From assembly GCA_964603995.1 (NCBI GenBank), contig CAZRXH010000003.1, positions 4,037 to 67,894 of the forward strand: DNA of 63,858 bases, in the 5' to 3' direction. The position numbers and the translations under genes are program-made. This stretch comes from an uncultured Bacteroidota bacterium (GTDB lineage: Bacteria; Bacteroidota; Ignavibacteria; Kryptoniales; JAKASW01). A model generated the notes under the pieces. It made no database searches, had not been told where the DNA came from, and saw nothing but the letters and a program-made list of their open reading frames with translations. Each line of letters starts with the position of its first letter. The stretch's first letter is position 1. Positions 18,988 to 28,419 of this stretch are shown here, in pieces.

Positions 18988-19056
18988 AAGATTAATATGT
19001 ATTAAGGCAAATACAGGGGAGCAGGCGGCTTTTTAGATACAATCCCCAGGATAAAA

Positions 19057-19617
19057 ATGATTCTTACAGACAAGCAGATTCTTGAAGAGATAAAAAGAGG
19101 AACTATTGTCATTGAACCATTCAATAGGAAATTCCTCGGCTCAAATTCTTACGATGTCCATCTTGCCGGCGAGCTGGCCATCTACAAGGACGATATACTC
19201 GACGCGAGGAAGCACAACCAGCTCGAGCATTTCAGGATCCACGATCATGAAGGTTTCCTTCTCCTTCCGGGCAGGCTATATTTGGGAGTGACACAGGAGT
19301 ATACTGAGACGCATTCCTTTGTTCCGTTTCTGGAAGGGAAGTCGAGCATCGGCAGACTCGGTATCGACATCCACGCGACAGCCGGCAAGGGGGACATCGG
19401 TTACTGCAACACGTGGACGCTGGAGATCAGCGTGAAACAACCGGTCAGGATTTATCCGGGAATGCCGATAGGACAGCTGATCTATTTTGAGATCAGCGGC
19501 GAGGTCCTCGTCCCCTACAACAAGAAAAAAACCGCGAAATATAACAGAAGGACCAAGCGCCCGGTCGAATCTATGATGTGGAAAAACTTCGACTCAAGAA
19601 TCCTCGGTTCGAAATGA
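19057..19617 (+). CDS. dcd: dCTP deaminase
   Basis: MILTDKQILEEI, GSNSYDV, EGKSSIGRLG and TLEI motifs; 186 aa. Confidence 0.9.
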   Translation: MILTDKQILEEIKRGTIVIEPFNRKFLGSNSYDVHLAGELAIYKDDILDARKHNQLEHFRIHDHEGFLLLPGRLYLGVTQEYTETHSFVPFLEGKSSIGRLGIDIHATAGKGDIGYCNTWTLEISVKQPVRIYPGMPIGQLIYFEISGEVLVPYNKKKTAKYNRRTKRPVESMMWKNFDSRILGSK

Positions 19618-20408
19618 GCTTTGCGAAACTCTCCGCGTCGATTGAGAAACACAATAGTAACCTATGCATCGGACTTGATCCGGCCGTCGAAAAGATTCCC
19701 GAGTTTCTCTTCGAGTATGATGATGCGGTCCTGGAGTTCAACACCAGGATAATCGAGGCGACGCAGGATGTGGCGTGTGCCTACAAACTGAACACCGCTT
19801 TCTACGAAGCGCTCGGTGAGAAGGGGTGGTCGACGTTCGGTGAAACGATCGCCAGAATACCGGATGACATTTACATAATCGCGGACTGCAAGCGAAGCGA
19901 TGTTGGCAACAGTGCGAAGCAATACGCGCAAACATTCTTCGGCTATTTCGGTGCGGATGCTGCCACCGTGAATCCGTACATGGGGTATGATTCACTGGAG
20001 CCGTTTCTGAGCTACAAAGGGAAGGACATATTTGCACTCGCGGTGACTTCAAACCGTGGTGCCCAGGATTTCCAACTTCTCGAGTTCAACGGAAGGAAAT
20101 TCTATGAGATGGTTCTCGAGAGACTCTCCGAATGGAACACGAAGGGCAATGTCGGTGCGGTCGTGGGTGCAACACAGGGAAATCACCTCGCGCGCATAAG
20201 AAAGAGCTATCCCCAGATTGCACTCCTTGTCCCAGGCATCGGAACGCAGGGCGGTTCGGTCGAAGAAGTCGCGGCGGCCGTCGAGAGCGAAGGTGCACCG
20301 GTAGTTGTGAATGTGAGCCGGGATATTATATTTTCGGGAGACGATGAGAAATTTGCAGCCAAAGTCAGGGAAAAAGCGTTTTACTATAACGCGCTGTTGA
20401 AAAGGTGA
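19614..20408 (+). CDS. pyrF: orotidine 5'-phosphate decarboxylase (type 2)
   Basis: LCIGLDP, IIADCKRSDVGNS and VPGIGTQGG motifs. The ATG at 19614 overlaps the dcd stop (ATGA). Confidence 0.9.
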   Translation: MSFAKLSASIEKHNSNLCIGLDPAVEKIPEFLFEYDDAVLEFNTRIIEATQDVACAYKLNTAFYEALGEKGWSTFGETIARIPDDIYIIADCKRSDVGNSAKQYAQTFFGYFGADAATVNPYMGYDSLEPFLSYKGKDIFALAVTSNRGAQDFQLLEFNGRKFYEMVLERLSEWNTKGNVGAVVGATQGNHLARIRKSYPQIALLVPGIGTQGGSVEEVAAAVESEGAPVVVNVSRDIIFSGDDEKFAAKVREKAFYYNALLKR

Positions 20409-20851
20409 TGAAGTATTTCGTAAGACACGCACTCGAATGGCTGACGTTCCTCGCACTGACGGTGCTCTTCTTCTCATTGCCGGTGGTTATCGAGAGGCAC
20501 GGCAGTGTGAAGGATATCAGACCGAGACAGGCATCCGTCGATTCGACGACCGCGCAGATAGCCGCTGGGTTTTTCTTCGAATTTGATATCGGATCGGTGA
20601 AGAGCGAAGTTGCGGGTGATTCTATTTCACTGAAAATGATAACTAGAACCGACACATCCCGGAAACTCGTAGATCTGTATGTCAACGGAGAAAAGCAGGA
20701 CATGGTGGTGATTTCTGATTCAATGCCGGTTCTATTCCCACGCGTTTATCTTAAGACGGGGCCAAACGAGATTGTGGCGATACTCCGTGACTTGAACGGA
20801 ATGCCACTGGCGACGAGGAAGATTAGGATCTTTTCACAAAGCAAGATGTAA
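20405..20851 (+). CDS. hypothetical membrane-anchored protein
   Basis: 148 aa with an N-terminal TM helix (WLTFLALTVLFFSLPVVI). Overlaps the pyrF stop. No family recognised. Confidence 0.5.
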   Translation: MMKYFVRHALEWLTFLALTVLFFSLPVVIERHGSVKDIRPRQASVDSTTAQIAAGFFFEFDIGSVKSEVAGDSISLKMITRTDTSRKLVDLYVNGEKQDMVVISDSMPVLFPRVYLKTGPNEIVAILRDLNGMPLATRKIRIFSQSKM

Positions 20852-20852
20852 C

Positions 20853-22328
20853 ATGTCTCAAGAACTTTCTGAGTTCCAGCTCAGGGAGCTGTTTAGGAAT
20901 CGGAAATTCGATTCTGAGTTGAGGGCTGTCTCAGGGAAGAAGGTTGAGATTCTTCATACTGGGGAAGTGAATTCGGATACAGGCCCCGATTTCAGACACA
21001 GTCTTATCAGGGTGAACGGCATAACCATGCGTGGGGATATCGAGCTGCACAGGATGAGCTCCGACTGGTATTCACATAACCATCACAGGGACCGAAACTA
21101 CAATTCGGTCGTGCTGCACGTCGTGATCGAGTGCGACGACGGACGAGGCTGTGTCACGGAGACGGGAAGGAAGATTGAGACTCTTGAACTGTCGAAGTTT
21201 CTATCCCCTGATGCCGCTGGTTTTCTGGCAAGCTTCGAGATTGGCGAGCGGATTGGTCCGCTTCGATGTGCTGGTGACAACTACAAGGTTCCCTTCGAAA
21301 CGAAGACAGAATACCTCAGGCATATGGGCGAGAAGCGCTTCTTGCATAAAGTCAACAAACTCGAGGAGAGACTGAAGGACATCATAGACGAGAACCGGCC
21401 CGTTGTCTTCGAAGCGAAGCAGACTTACTTCAGGGACCTTGCCGATCTGCAGATCGAGCACAGGAAATACAGCGAATTGGAGATGCAGACTGAGAGTTAC
21501 TGGAGCCAGCTCCTTTATGAAGGGATCATGGAAGGGCTGGGATACAGCAAGAACACCGTGGCATTCAGGAAACTGGCCAGGAACGCATCTCTGGATTTTC
21601 TAAGGGAACATTCGGCGGGTGACGAATTGACCACGGAAGCGATACTCTTCGGGGCTGCCAATTTGATCCCTCGTGAGATGGAAGGATTCGATCAGGAATC
21701 TGTGGAGTATTGTAAGAAACTTGACGCCGCTTGGCAGGGCGTGAGAAAGAAATACAAGCATGAGTACGTTGACAAATCAGAGTGGCTTTTCTTCAAGCTG
21801 CGTCCGCAGAACTTCCCAACAATCCGGATCGCAGGTGCCGGACATCTTCTCGTCGATTGCATCATGAAGAATTCGACCGGTGAGCTCTTGAGTAAGTCTT
21901 GCGACGATGACGACCGTGCTTTCATGGAGACATGGAGGAAAGTCCTGATCATCTCGTCGCGCGACTACTGGAATCGGCATTTTCTCTTCGGGACACCCGC
22001 AGCGACTGAAGTGAGGATGTTGGTAGGTTCCGGACGGGCGGAGGAAATCATAATAAACGTCATCCTGCCGATGACTTATTTGCGAGGAAGGATCTTTCAC
22101 GATTCACAGCAACTCGGGCAGGCAACAAGGATATACGGCGGTCACCCTCCGATTGCAGACAACATGATTACTCTAACGGTGAAAGAGTCGCTTTTTGGAG
22201 GAGACAATGTGCTAGCGACCGTGGCAACCCAGCAAGGAGCTCTGCACCTCTATCGCACTCTCTGTTCAGAGAAGCGATGTGAAAGATGCAGAATCGGTAA
22301 GGCCATCTACGGCAAGACCGCTGCATAG
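20853..22328 (+). CDS. DUF2851-family protein
   Basis: GPDFRHSLIRVNGITMRGDIELHRMSSDWYSHNHHRDRNYNSVVLHVV matches the DUF2851 signature. C-terminal CERC motif. Confidence 0.7.
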   Translation: MSQELSEFQLRELFRNRKFDSELRAVSGKKVEILHTGEVNSDTGPDFRHSLIRVNGITMRGDIELHRMSSDWYSHNHHRDRNYNSVVLHVVIECDDGRGCVTETGRKIETLELSKFLSPDAAGFLASFEIGERIGPLRCAGDNYKVPFETKTEYLRHMGEKRFLHKVNKLEERLKDIIDENRPVVFEAKQTYFRDLADLQIEHRKYSELEMQTESYWSQLLYEGIMEGLGYSKNTVAFRKLARNASLDFLREHSAGDELTTEAILFGAANLIPREMEGFDQESVEYCKKLDAAWQGVRKKYKHEYVDKSEWLFFKLRPQNFPTIRIAGAGHLLVDCIMKNSTGELLSKSCDDDDRAFMETWRKVLIISSRDYWNRHFLFGTPAATEVRMLVGSGRAEEIIINVILPMTYLRGRIFHDSQQLGQATRIYGGHPPIADNMITLTVKESLFGGDNVLATVATQQGALHLYRTLCSEKRCERCRIGKAIYGKTAA

Positions 22329-22360
22329 AGAGCATGTCAGAAATTTGATTCAACAATGTC

Positions 22361-22387
22361 GTTCTGCCGCAGTTGCAGCGGCAGAAC
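22361..22387. terminator. perfect 10-bp stem hairpin between convergent genes (candidate bidirectional terminator)
   Basis: GTTCTGCCGC-AGTTGCA-GCGGCAGAAC, read directly. No strong T-tract on either side. Confidence 0.5.
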
Positions 22388-22465
22388 AAAACCTATTCTG
22401 AAGGATGTTAGCCTAGCATCTCTTCATGGCCTGAGCAGTCATGCCTTTTGGGCGGGGTGTGGTCC

Positions 22466-23221
22466 CTACTTCTTGTCGAGTTCCTGTAGGAGCCCCGTGG
22501 CTACGGTTTTCAGAGAATCATCATCCTGGTCGCGTACAGGAATGGATGGAATCAGCGACAGTTCTCCTCTGGCCTTATCTTTCTCGCCGTCCCGCATGTA
22601 TGCTTTCGCGAGATCCAGGCGGAACATCACGAAATCCGGGTCGAGTGAGACAGCCTTCTGGTAGAATTTGATCGCATCGTCCAGATTTCCCCACGCAAGT
22701 CCCAGTGGCCAGCGGAACATCACAGGTTTCTCTGCCAGCTTTGCGTGAGTCCTGCCGAGGACATAGTAGGCAATGGCGTTGTTCGGGTCGAGCGCGATTG
22801 CGCTTTCACAGTCGTTTCTGACCTGCTTGACTATAGGTCCGACACTGAAGACCCCCTTAAAAAGAGCGATTTTCCCTCCGGCTACTGCCCGATACGTGTA
22901 AGCCATTGAAGATTTGGGATCGGCGGCGACGGCACTATCCGCGTAGTCATATGCTGTGTGGTACGCCTTAAGCTGCGCATCCTTCTGCGCATCGGTTACC
23001 ACGGGCATGTGATCCGCAATATGCGTTTCGACGCGGCAGAGCCTCCAGAGTATCTCAGAATTGCGGGGGAATTCTTTATTGGCTTTGATGAGTATTTCGA
23101 ATGCCCCTTTGTTGTCGAACTTGTTGAAGAGTTCATCGCTCAGCTTGAGCGTTTCCTGAAGGGTCTGTGAGGGGAGCGCGGCCATTGACAGCACCGCGAA
23201 AGTCAGTGCGAGCAATTTCAT
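22466..23221 (-). CDS. secreted TPR-repeat protein
   Basis: Signal peptide MKLLALTFAVLSMAA, then TPR-like helical repeats (DPNNAIAYYVLG, AIKFYQKAVSLDPDF). Confidence 0.7.
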   Translation of the reverse strand: MKLLALTFAVLSMAALPSQTLQETLKLSDELFNKFDNKGAFEILIKANKEFPRNSEILWRLCRVETHIADHMPVVTDAQKDAQLKAYHTAYDYADSAVAADPKSSMAYTYRAVAGGKIALFKGVFSVGPIVKQVRNDCESAIALDPNNAIAYYVLGRTHAKLAEKPVMFRWPLGLAWGNLDDAIKFYQKAVSLDPDFVMFRLDLAKAYMRDGEKDKARGELSLIPSIPVRDQDDDSLKTVATGLLQELDKK

Positions 23222-23248
23222 TCGGGCCTCCGTACTTTCGTTTGCGGA

Positions 23249-23851
23249 TCAGTCGCCGAGCTGAAGCCGTCGGATTTCGTCGCGGAGCTTAGCAGCCCGC
23301 TCGTAGTCTTCCCGGCCTATCGCGTCGGTCAGTTCCTTTTGAAGCTGTTCCATCTTGGATTCTTTTGTGTAAGCTGGCGAGCGGTCCCGGTTCTTCTTCG
23401 TCCTCTCGCCTTTCGACTCGACATCTTCGTCGCCCTCCTCGGTCTCAGGGACGGTAGCAGCCTCCTCCATGACCGATTCCGCAACATAGATGGGTGCGCC
23501 GAACCTTATCGCGATCGCAATAGCATCGCTTGGCCGCGCATCTATTTCGTGTGTAACTGAACTGCCTTCCACATTAAGGCGGGCGTAAAATGTCCCGTCC
23601 CGTAACTCGCTTATCAGTACGTCGGAAAGTGTGTTGCCGAGCGAATCCAGGACATTCCTTACAAGATCGTGCGTAAGTGGTCTCGGAGGTTTGATCCCCT
23701 CCAGTTCGAGTGCGATTGCTTGTGCTTCAAATTGTCCGATGATTATAGGAAGCCTTCTGTCTCCTTCTGTTTCCTTAAGTATCAAAGCGTATGCACCTGG
23801 GCTCGATGGACTCGGCGAAAGCCCGAGTATGTCTACCATCACTTTATCCAA
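23249..23851 (-). CDS. bifunctional nuclease (BFN/DUF151) with C-terminal UVR motif
   Basis: LPIIIGQFEAQAIALELEG...PRPLTHDL...DARPSDAIAIA, plus ERAAKLRDEIRRLQ. Confidence 0.85.
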   Translation of the reverse strand: MDKVMVDILGLSPSPSSPGAYALILKETEGDRRLPIIIGQFEAQAIALELEGIKPPRPLTHDLVRNVLDSLGNTLSDVLISELRDGTFYARLNVEGSSVTHEIDARPSDAIAIAIRFGAPIYVAESVMEEAATVPETEEGDEDVESKGERTKKNRDRSPAYTKESKMEQLQKELTDAIGREDYERAAKLRDEIRRLQLGD

Positions 23852-23890
23852 ATATAGTTCTCCTCATGCATCGTCAATTTGCGGAATCGC

Positions 23891-24889
23891 TCAGTCTTTT
23901 CCAAGCGCCTTTTTGAGCTCCGCTGTCAGTTCGGGGACTATCTCGAACGCGTCTCCGATGATGCCGTAGTCGGCGACCTGAAAAATCGGTGCCTCCTTGT
24001 CTTTGTTTATTGCGACAATATATTTGGAAGACGACATGCCTGCAAGATGTTGAATTGCTCCGGAGATTGCAACCGCGACATAAAGCGATGGTGAAACAGT
24101 TTTTCCTGTCTGTCCCACCTGGTCCTCGTGAGGTCTCCATCCAGCGTCGACAACCGCCCTTGAAGCGCCGACTGCAGCGCCAAGAACATCCGCCAGACTT
24201 TCAATTATATCGAAATGCTCCGGGCCTCCTAATCCTCTGCCGCCCGAGACGATTATGTTCGCCTCCGTCAGATCGGGTCTTCCGGCCTCTGCCGTTGAGA
24301 CAGAAGTGACATGCGACGAGAAATCGGAGTCCTGCAAATCGACAGACAACTTTTCTATCGATGCAGGAGCGCCGTTTGCCGCGCCGGGACTGAAAACGTT
24401 TGGTCGCAGCGTGAAAACCTTTTTGACCGAATTGATTTTCATGTCAATAATCGCCTTCCCAGCGTAAACGGGACGGGCAGCAAGTATCGAGCCGCCATCG
24501 GCCCTGAGAGCTATGCAGTCGGCGGCGAGTCCTGCCTTGAGCTTCACCGCAACTCTCGGTGCGAGATCTTTTCCCATGGCGCTTGCGGGTAGGATGACAA
24601 CGTCGGCGGAGAGCGCCTCTGCGGCGATCGCGATTATCTTCGCGTAAGCCGTGGCGGAGTAGAGAGCGAGTCGCTCATCCTCAACAGCATAGACCTTCTG
24701 TACTCCGTAACCGCCCAGCTCCGGGGCGATCGTTCCGACCTTTTTCCCTATGACTAGCCCGACGGACTCGCCTCCAAGTTCTGCGGCGATACGTGAAGCG
24801 GCGTGGACAGCCTCAAAGGCGACCTTTTTGAACTTGCCACCGCCAGTTTGAGAGTCGTGGACAGATTCCGCAAATGCAATAATCTTCAT
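23891..24889 (-). CDS. etfA: electron transfer flavoprotein subunit alpha
   Basis: VSGGRGLG, VGQTGKTVSP.LYVAVAISGAIQHLAGM motifs. Confidence 0.95.
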   Translation of the reverse strand: MKIIAFAESVHDSQTGGGKFKKVAFEAVHAASRIAAELGGESVGLVIGKKVGTIAPELGGYGVQKVYAVEDERLALYSATAYAKIIAIAAEALSADVVILPASAMGKDLAPRVAVKLKAGLAADCIALRADGGSILAARPVYAGKAIIDMKINSVKKVFTLRPNVFSPGAANGAPASIEKLSVDLQDSDFSSHVTSVSTAEAGRPDLTEANIIVSGGRGLGGPEHFDIIESLADVLGAAVGASRAVVDAGWRPHEDQVGQTGKTVSPSLYVAVAISGAIQHLAGMSSSKYIVAINKDKEAPIFQVADYGIIGDAFEIVPELTAELKKALGKD

Positions 24890-24904
24890 CTTAGCACCTC
24901 TGGT

Positions 24905-25657
24905 TTAAATGATTTTTGCTTCTTCGTGCAGGAGTCTGACCAGTTCGGGCACTGCGCTCTTGTCGGTGCCCAGGATCTTTCCGGCCTGTTTCGCTGCGGG
25001 TTTCCTCATCTCTGTGACTTCGATGAGCGACTCAGTCTGTGAAGGCGACACCTCCTGGATCGGTTTCGACTTCGCGGCAGTTATTCCTTTCAACGATGGA
25101 TATCGCGGTTCGTTCAGTCCTTTCTGTGCCGTGATGACACAGGGGAGCGTGAGCTCTACAGTTTCCCTCCCCCCCTCGATTTCTCTTTCGCAAACAACCT
25201 TCTTCGCGCTCTCATCGACATCGAGTTTTACCACGACAGAGGCCGACGGCAGCCCGAGCATCTCCGCGACCATCGTTCCAACTGCTGCATCATCGTAGTC
25301 TATCGACTGCTTCCCGAAGAAAACGATGTCCGCTCCAGTGTCCTTGAGAGCAGCTGCTATCATGGATGCGATGGAATATGAATCGCCGGTATTGTCTGTC
25401 TTTATGTGAATTCCTTTGTCGCCTCCCATTGCGAGAGCCTTTCTGATCGTCTCTTTGTGCGAGTCCCCGCCTGCGGAGACGTAAGTGACTTCACCGCCGT
25501 TCTTGTCTTTCAGCCGCAGCGCGGCTTCTACTGCGAATTCATCATACGGATTGAGAATCAAATTGATCTCGGAGCGGTCAATGGTTTTGCCATCTTGACC
25601 CACTTTTACTTTTGTTTCTGTATCCGGGACCTGGTTGACACAAACGAAGAGTTTCAT
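24905..25657 (-). CDS. etfB: electron transfer flavoprotein subunit beta
   Basis: VCVNQVPDTETKVKV, NPYDEFAVEAALRLK and FFGKQSIDYD motifs. Confidence 0.95.
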   Translation of the reverse strand: MKLFVCVNQVPDTETKVKVGQDGKTIDRSEINLILNPYDEFAVEAALRLKDKNGGEVTYVSAGGDSHKETIRKALAMGGDKGIHIKTDNTGDSYSIASMIAAALKDTGADIVFFGKQSIDYDDAAVGTMVAEMLGLPSASVVVKLDVDESAKKVVCEREIEGGRETVELTLPCVITAQKGLNEPRYPSLKGITAAKSKPIQEVSPSQTESLIEVTEMRKPAAKQAGKILGTDKSAVPELVRLLHEEAKII

Positions 25658-25740
25658 TTGTTACCTCTCTCAGGATTTGTGGTAAGTGCAAAAATTTATG
25701 GTTGCAGTTGAAGAACTTCAAGTGAGTAATAGGAAAATGT

Positions 25741-25769
25741 GAGGCCGCCTTCCTTTCATGGACGGCCTT
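25741..25769 (-). terminator. hairpin plus U-tract downstream of the GH140-like gene
   Basis: Minus strand reads AAGGCCG-(15 nt)-CGGCCTC followed by ACATTTTCC. It lies 22 nt after the stop at 25792. Confidence 0.35.
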
Positions 25770-25791
25770 ACATCCGGACGCGGGGTTTTGT

Positions 25792-27645
25792 TTATTTCTT
25801 CGTAGCGGGCCCCTGGTAAACCAACCGGAGTCCCCAATCTTCACTGCTGGGAAGATTCGGCAGCATGATAATGCCGATCTTGTTGGCGACAACAGTCCCG
25901 TCTCCAACGTCCTGCCAGGTCCCGTCCCGTGGGTTGAACCACTGTGCACGGTACACGCTGTTCAGTTTCGCGCCGCGTATCTGGGACTGCGGACATTCGC
26001 GTTCAAAATAGGCGAGGAAAATTTCCTTGTCCGATGTGCGCGCGCAGTATGCCCATCCTTGGTAGCCAAGTATCGCATGCGTTTTGTTCGGAGAGACAAG
26101 GTCCGCAAGCGGCACGAGGTCCTGGTAACGCTTTCCGATGGAGAATGCAAAGGTCCGCAAGTATTGCATCTGCGCGCCTGAGCGCCACTCGAAGGCATCC
26201 CACATAAGTGTAGGTGCGCTTGGTTCGATATCGGCGCCCCAGATTCCTTCAGCTCCGTAAACGTGTCCGGCAAGTCCGCCGGACAGAAAACTCCCATAGA
26301 TGCCCGACCGTACGAAGGCGTTATCGAGCTTTGTACCGCCCGGCGCACCGAGTCTGTAATTTGCCGCACCAGGTCCACGGTCGTCACGGTAACCTGCATA
26401 GTAGGGTTCGCCGTTGAGGGCAGGCTTTGGGTCCTTCAGGTTATAGATTTCTGTGAGGTACCAATAGTTGTTATGCTCGCGCATGTTGCCTATCTGGTGA
26501 AGTGTGACCCAGGAACTGTCGCCCCAGTTCTCAAGCGTTGACGGATTTGCATTAGCGGAGAGTAGAGTGCCAAACGGCGGAGGGCCGAATTTCCTGAAGA
26601 CCTCGTGAATCGCCGCCGTGTAGTCTGCCGGACTGACAGTCTCGTCGATTATGTCGAGATGGATAGGGCTGAGGACGTCGTTGTTGGCCTGGTAGCGCGC
26701 CCAGATGTACTCGATGAACCGCGCGTAAGAATCCGGCCAGCCATAATACTTGTACCAGCATAGTCCGGCGTCGCGCCGTGAGACTTCGATGAATGGGACA
26801 AAGCCGTTGGCGTTGAGATAGTCTATCTTGCGATCAAGATACTTGAAGTACTCAGGGTTTATGCTGTCAACGTTTGGGAACACCATCTCGTATCCCGGAA
26901 CTTTGCCGGGGAAGAAAAACGGCCGTCCGCCTTTGTTGTCCATGTTTTTGGCGCTGCCGGTCCCATACTCGAGCCAGGCTGAACGGACGGTTGTGTGTGC
27001 AGAATCGTCCATGACAAGGTGCCAGGGCCTTCCGTCTGTCATCCAGTTTGGAAACGCGGCGATGACGTTCACCCAGTTGTATCCCTGAGCCTTTCGGAAT
27101 CGAACATAATCCTTGAAACCCGCCGTCGGTCCGATCGGGCGCACACTGTCGTCATCGTACCATCGGAAGCGGTTTGTACCGAGCGAGTACCAGGTATCAC
27201 CGATGGCCAGGAAAGGTGTACCATCGGCATACTCGAGCGCGTGTTCGTTGGCTGTCGCGCGCAGAAAGCCGTGGCGCAGCGGATTCTCTTTTAACTCCTC
27301 TTCGGTCCAGGCGATTGCCGTGAAGGAGCCTGTCTTGCCGTCCAATCCCGGATCGTTCGGAGCTGAGCCGCTCTTCCAGCTCCACTCGCCCGGAGTGGTC
27401 GCAACAAGCCGCACGCGGAATGTCTGTTCGCCATCCCAGAACCCGTACACACGTTTGTGGAAATTGGGCCCGGTGAGATCAACCCACAAAACAACTTCCC
27501 TGTATGCATTGTTGTAGTGGTTGGAAGCGGTGAATGTGATCTCCTGCTTCTCCCAAACGTGCACAGGCTTCGTCATTGCATTGACGGGGCAGATTGCGAG
27601 GATCAGAAGAACAAAAGAGAAATAGATCTTGAAAAGGAAATGCAA
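25792..27645 (-). CDS. secreted glycoside-hydrolase-like protein (DUF5060 / DUF4038 / collagenase-like C-terminal domain; GH140-like)
   Basis: WEKQEITFTA...YGFWDGEQTFRVR (DUF5060-like), then a central TIM-barrel-like region, then C-terminal YRAQWFNPRDGTW. The TTG at 27645 gives the signal peptide LHFLFKIYFSFVLLILAICPVNA. The tracked ORF extends to 27795. Confidence 0.7.
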   Translation of the reverse strand: MHFLFKIYFSFVLLILAICPVNAMTKPVHVWEKQEITFTASNHYNNAYREVVLWVDLTGPNFHKRVYGFWDGEQTFRVRLVATTPGEWSWKSGSAPNDPGLDGKTGSFTAIAWTEEELKENPLRHGFLRATANEHALEYADGTPFLAIGDTWYSLGTNRFRWYDDDSVRPIGPTAGFKDYVRFRKAQGYNWVNVIAAFPNWMTDGRPWHLVMDDSAHTTVRSAWLEYGTGSAKNMDNKGGRPFFFPGKVPGYEMVFPNVDSINPEYFKYLDRKIDYLNANGFVPFIEVSRRDAGLCWYKYYGWPDSYARFIEYIWARYQANNDVLSPIHLDIIDETVSPADYTAAIHEVFRKFGPPPFGTLLSANANPSTLENWGDSSWVTLHQIGNMREHNNYWYLTEIYNLKDPKPALNGEPYYAGYRDDRGPGAANYRLGAPGGTKLDNAFVRSGIYGSFLSGGLAGHVYGAEGIWGADIEPSAPTLMWDAFEWRSGAQMQYLRTFAFSIGKRYQDLVPLADLVSPNKTHAILGYQGWAYCARTSDKEIFLAYFERECPQSQIRGAKLNSVYRAQWFNPRDGTWQDVGDGTVVANKIGIIMLPNLPSSEDWGLRLVYQGPATKK

Positions 27646-27863
27646 CGTCGAGGTAGGCGGGCCAGAGTGAGGCCGGATCTTCTCATCGTCCACACCTGCG
27701 AATCTTTCAGGTTCCCTCTGTCGTAGGCCCCTTCCTGGTAAGCTGAACCATGACCGCGAAGTCTTCGACGACCATCTCAAGAGTTCCATTGGCACGACTC
27801 CTTCCTATTGAGGTTGAGTGAATGACAGAATAACATCCGTATTCGTGAGAAGGCAATTCCCTT

Positions 27864-28385
27864 CTATCTGAGGCCGTATTTCCTGATGTGCATATACAAG
27901 AGGTAGGCCATTCCCCCCATCTGAACAGATCCGAGAATTGACCGCCATACTTGATATTTCTCCTGGTCTTTCAGTTCAAGCCTCCAGGGGCTCAGCAAGT
28001 CGGGTTTTGATTGGAGCATCCAGGACCTCGATTGAAAGGGAGACTCCGCAGGTTCTGATAGAACGCTGGGAGATTGTCCGAGAAGAAGTTCAAGCGAAGG
28101 TGGGGCCGGACGACCAGGTTTTGGCTCGATCATCCATGACTTGAATTGGGCTGGGGCTTCGTTCCAATTGAGATCGAAGTCTGAGGAATCACCGTGGAGA
28201 GGCGCAAGAGTCAAACGGAGCAGCGCGTCGTACATTGAGACGGCAGAGTTTGCACCAGGAATCCCGGCTGAACTCGTCGATGTGTCTTGAGCAGGAAGGC
28301 TATTCTGTTCCTGCGCGACCACCGATACGGTCAATGCAAAAGAGAAGATACCTATTGTGAAGAGTTTCAGCATTGCAAAATCCAA
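27864..28385 (-). CDS. hypothetical protein with signal peptide, internal repeat and C-terminal TM anchor
   Basis: MLKLFTIGIFSFALTVSVVAQ signal peptide. Repeat FKSWMIEPKP / SRSWMLQSKP. C-terminal hydrophobic segment GGMAYLLYM. Confidence 0.5.
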   Translation of the reverse strand: MDFAMLKLFTIGIFSFALTVSVVAQEQNSLPAQDTSTSSAGIPGANSAVSMYDALLRLTLAPLHGDSSDFDLNWNEAPAQFKSWMIEPKPGRPAPPSLELLLGQSPSVLSEPAESPFQSRSWMLQSKPDLLSPWRLELKDQEKYQVWRSILGSVQMGGMAYLLYMHIRKYGLR

Positions 28386-28419
28386 TCCTGTGTCGGATTA
28401 TTGTCCGGCGCTGTGAGAA

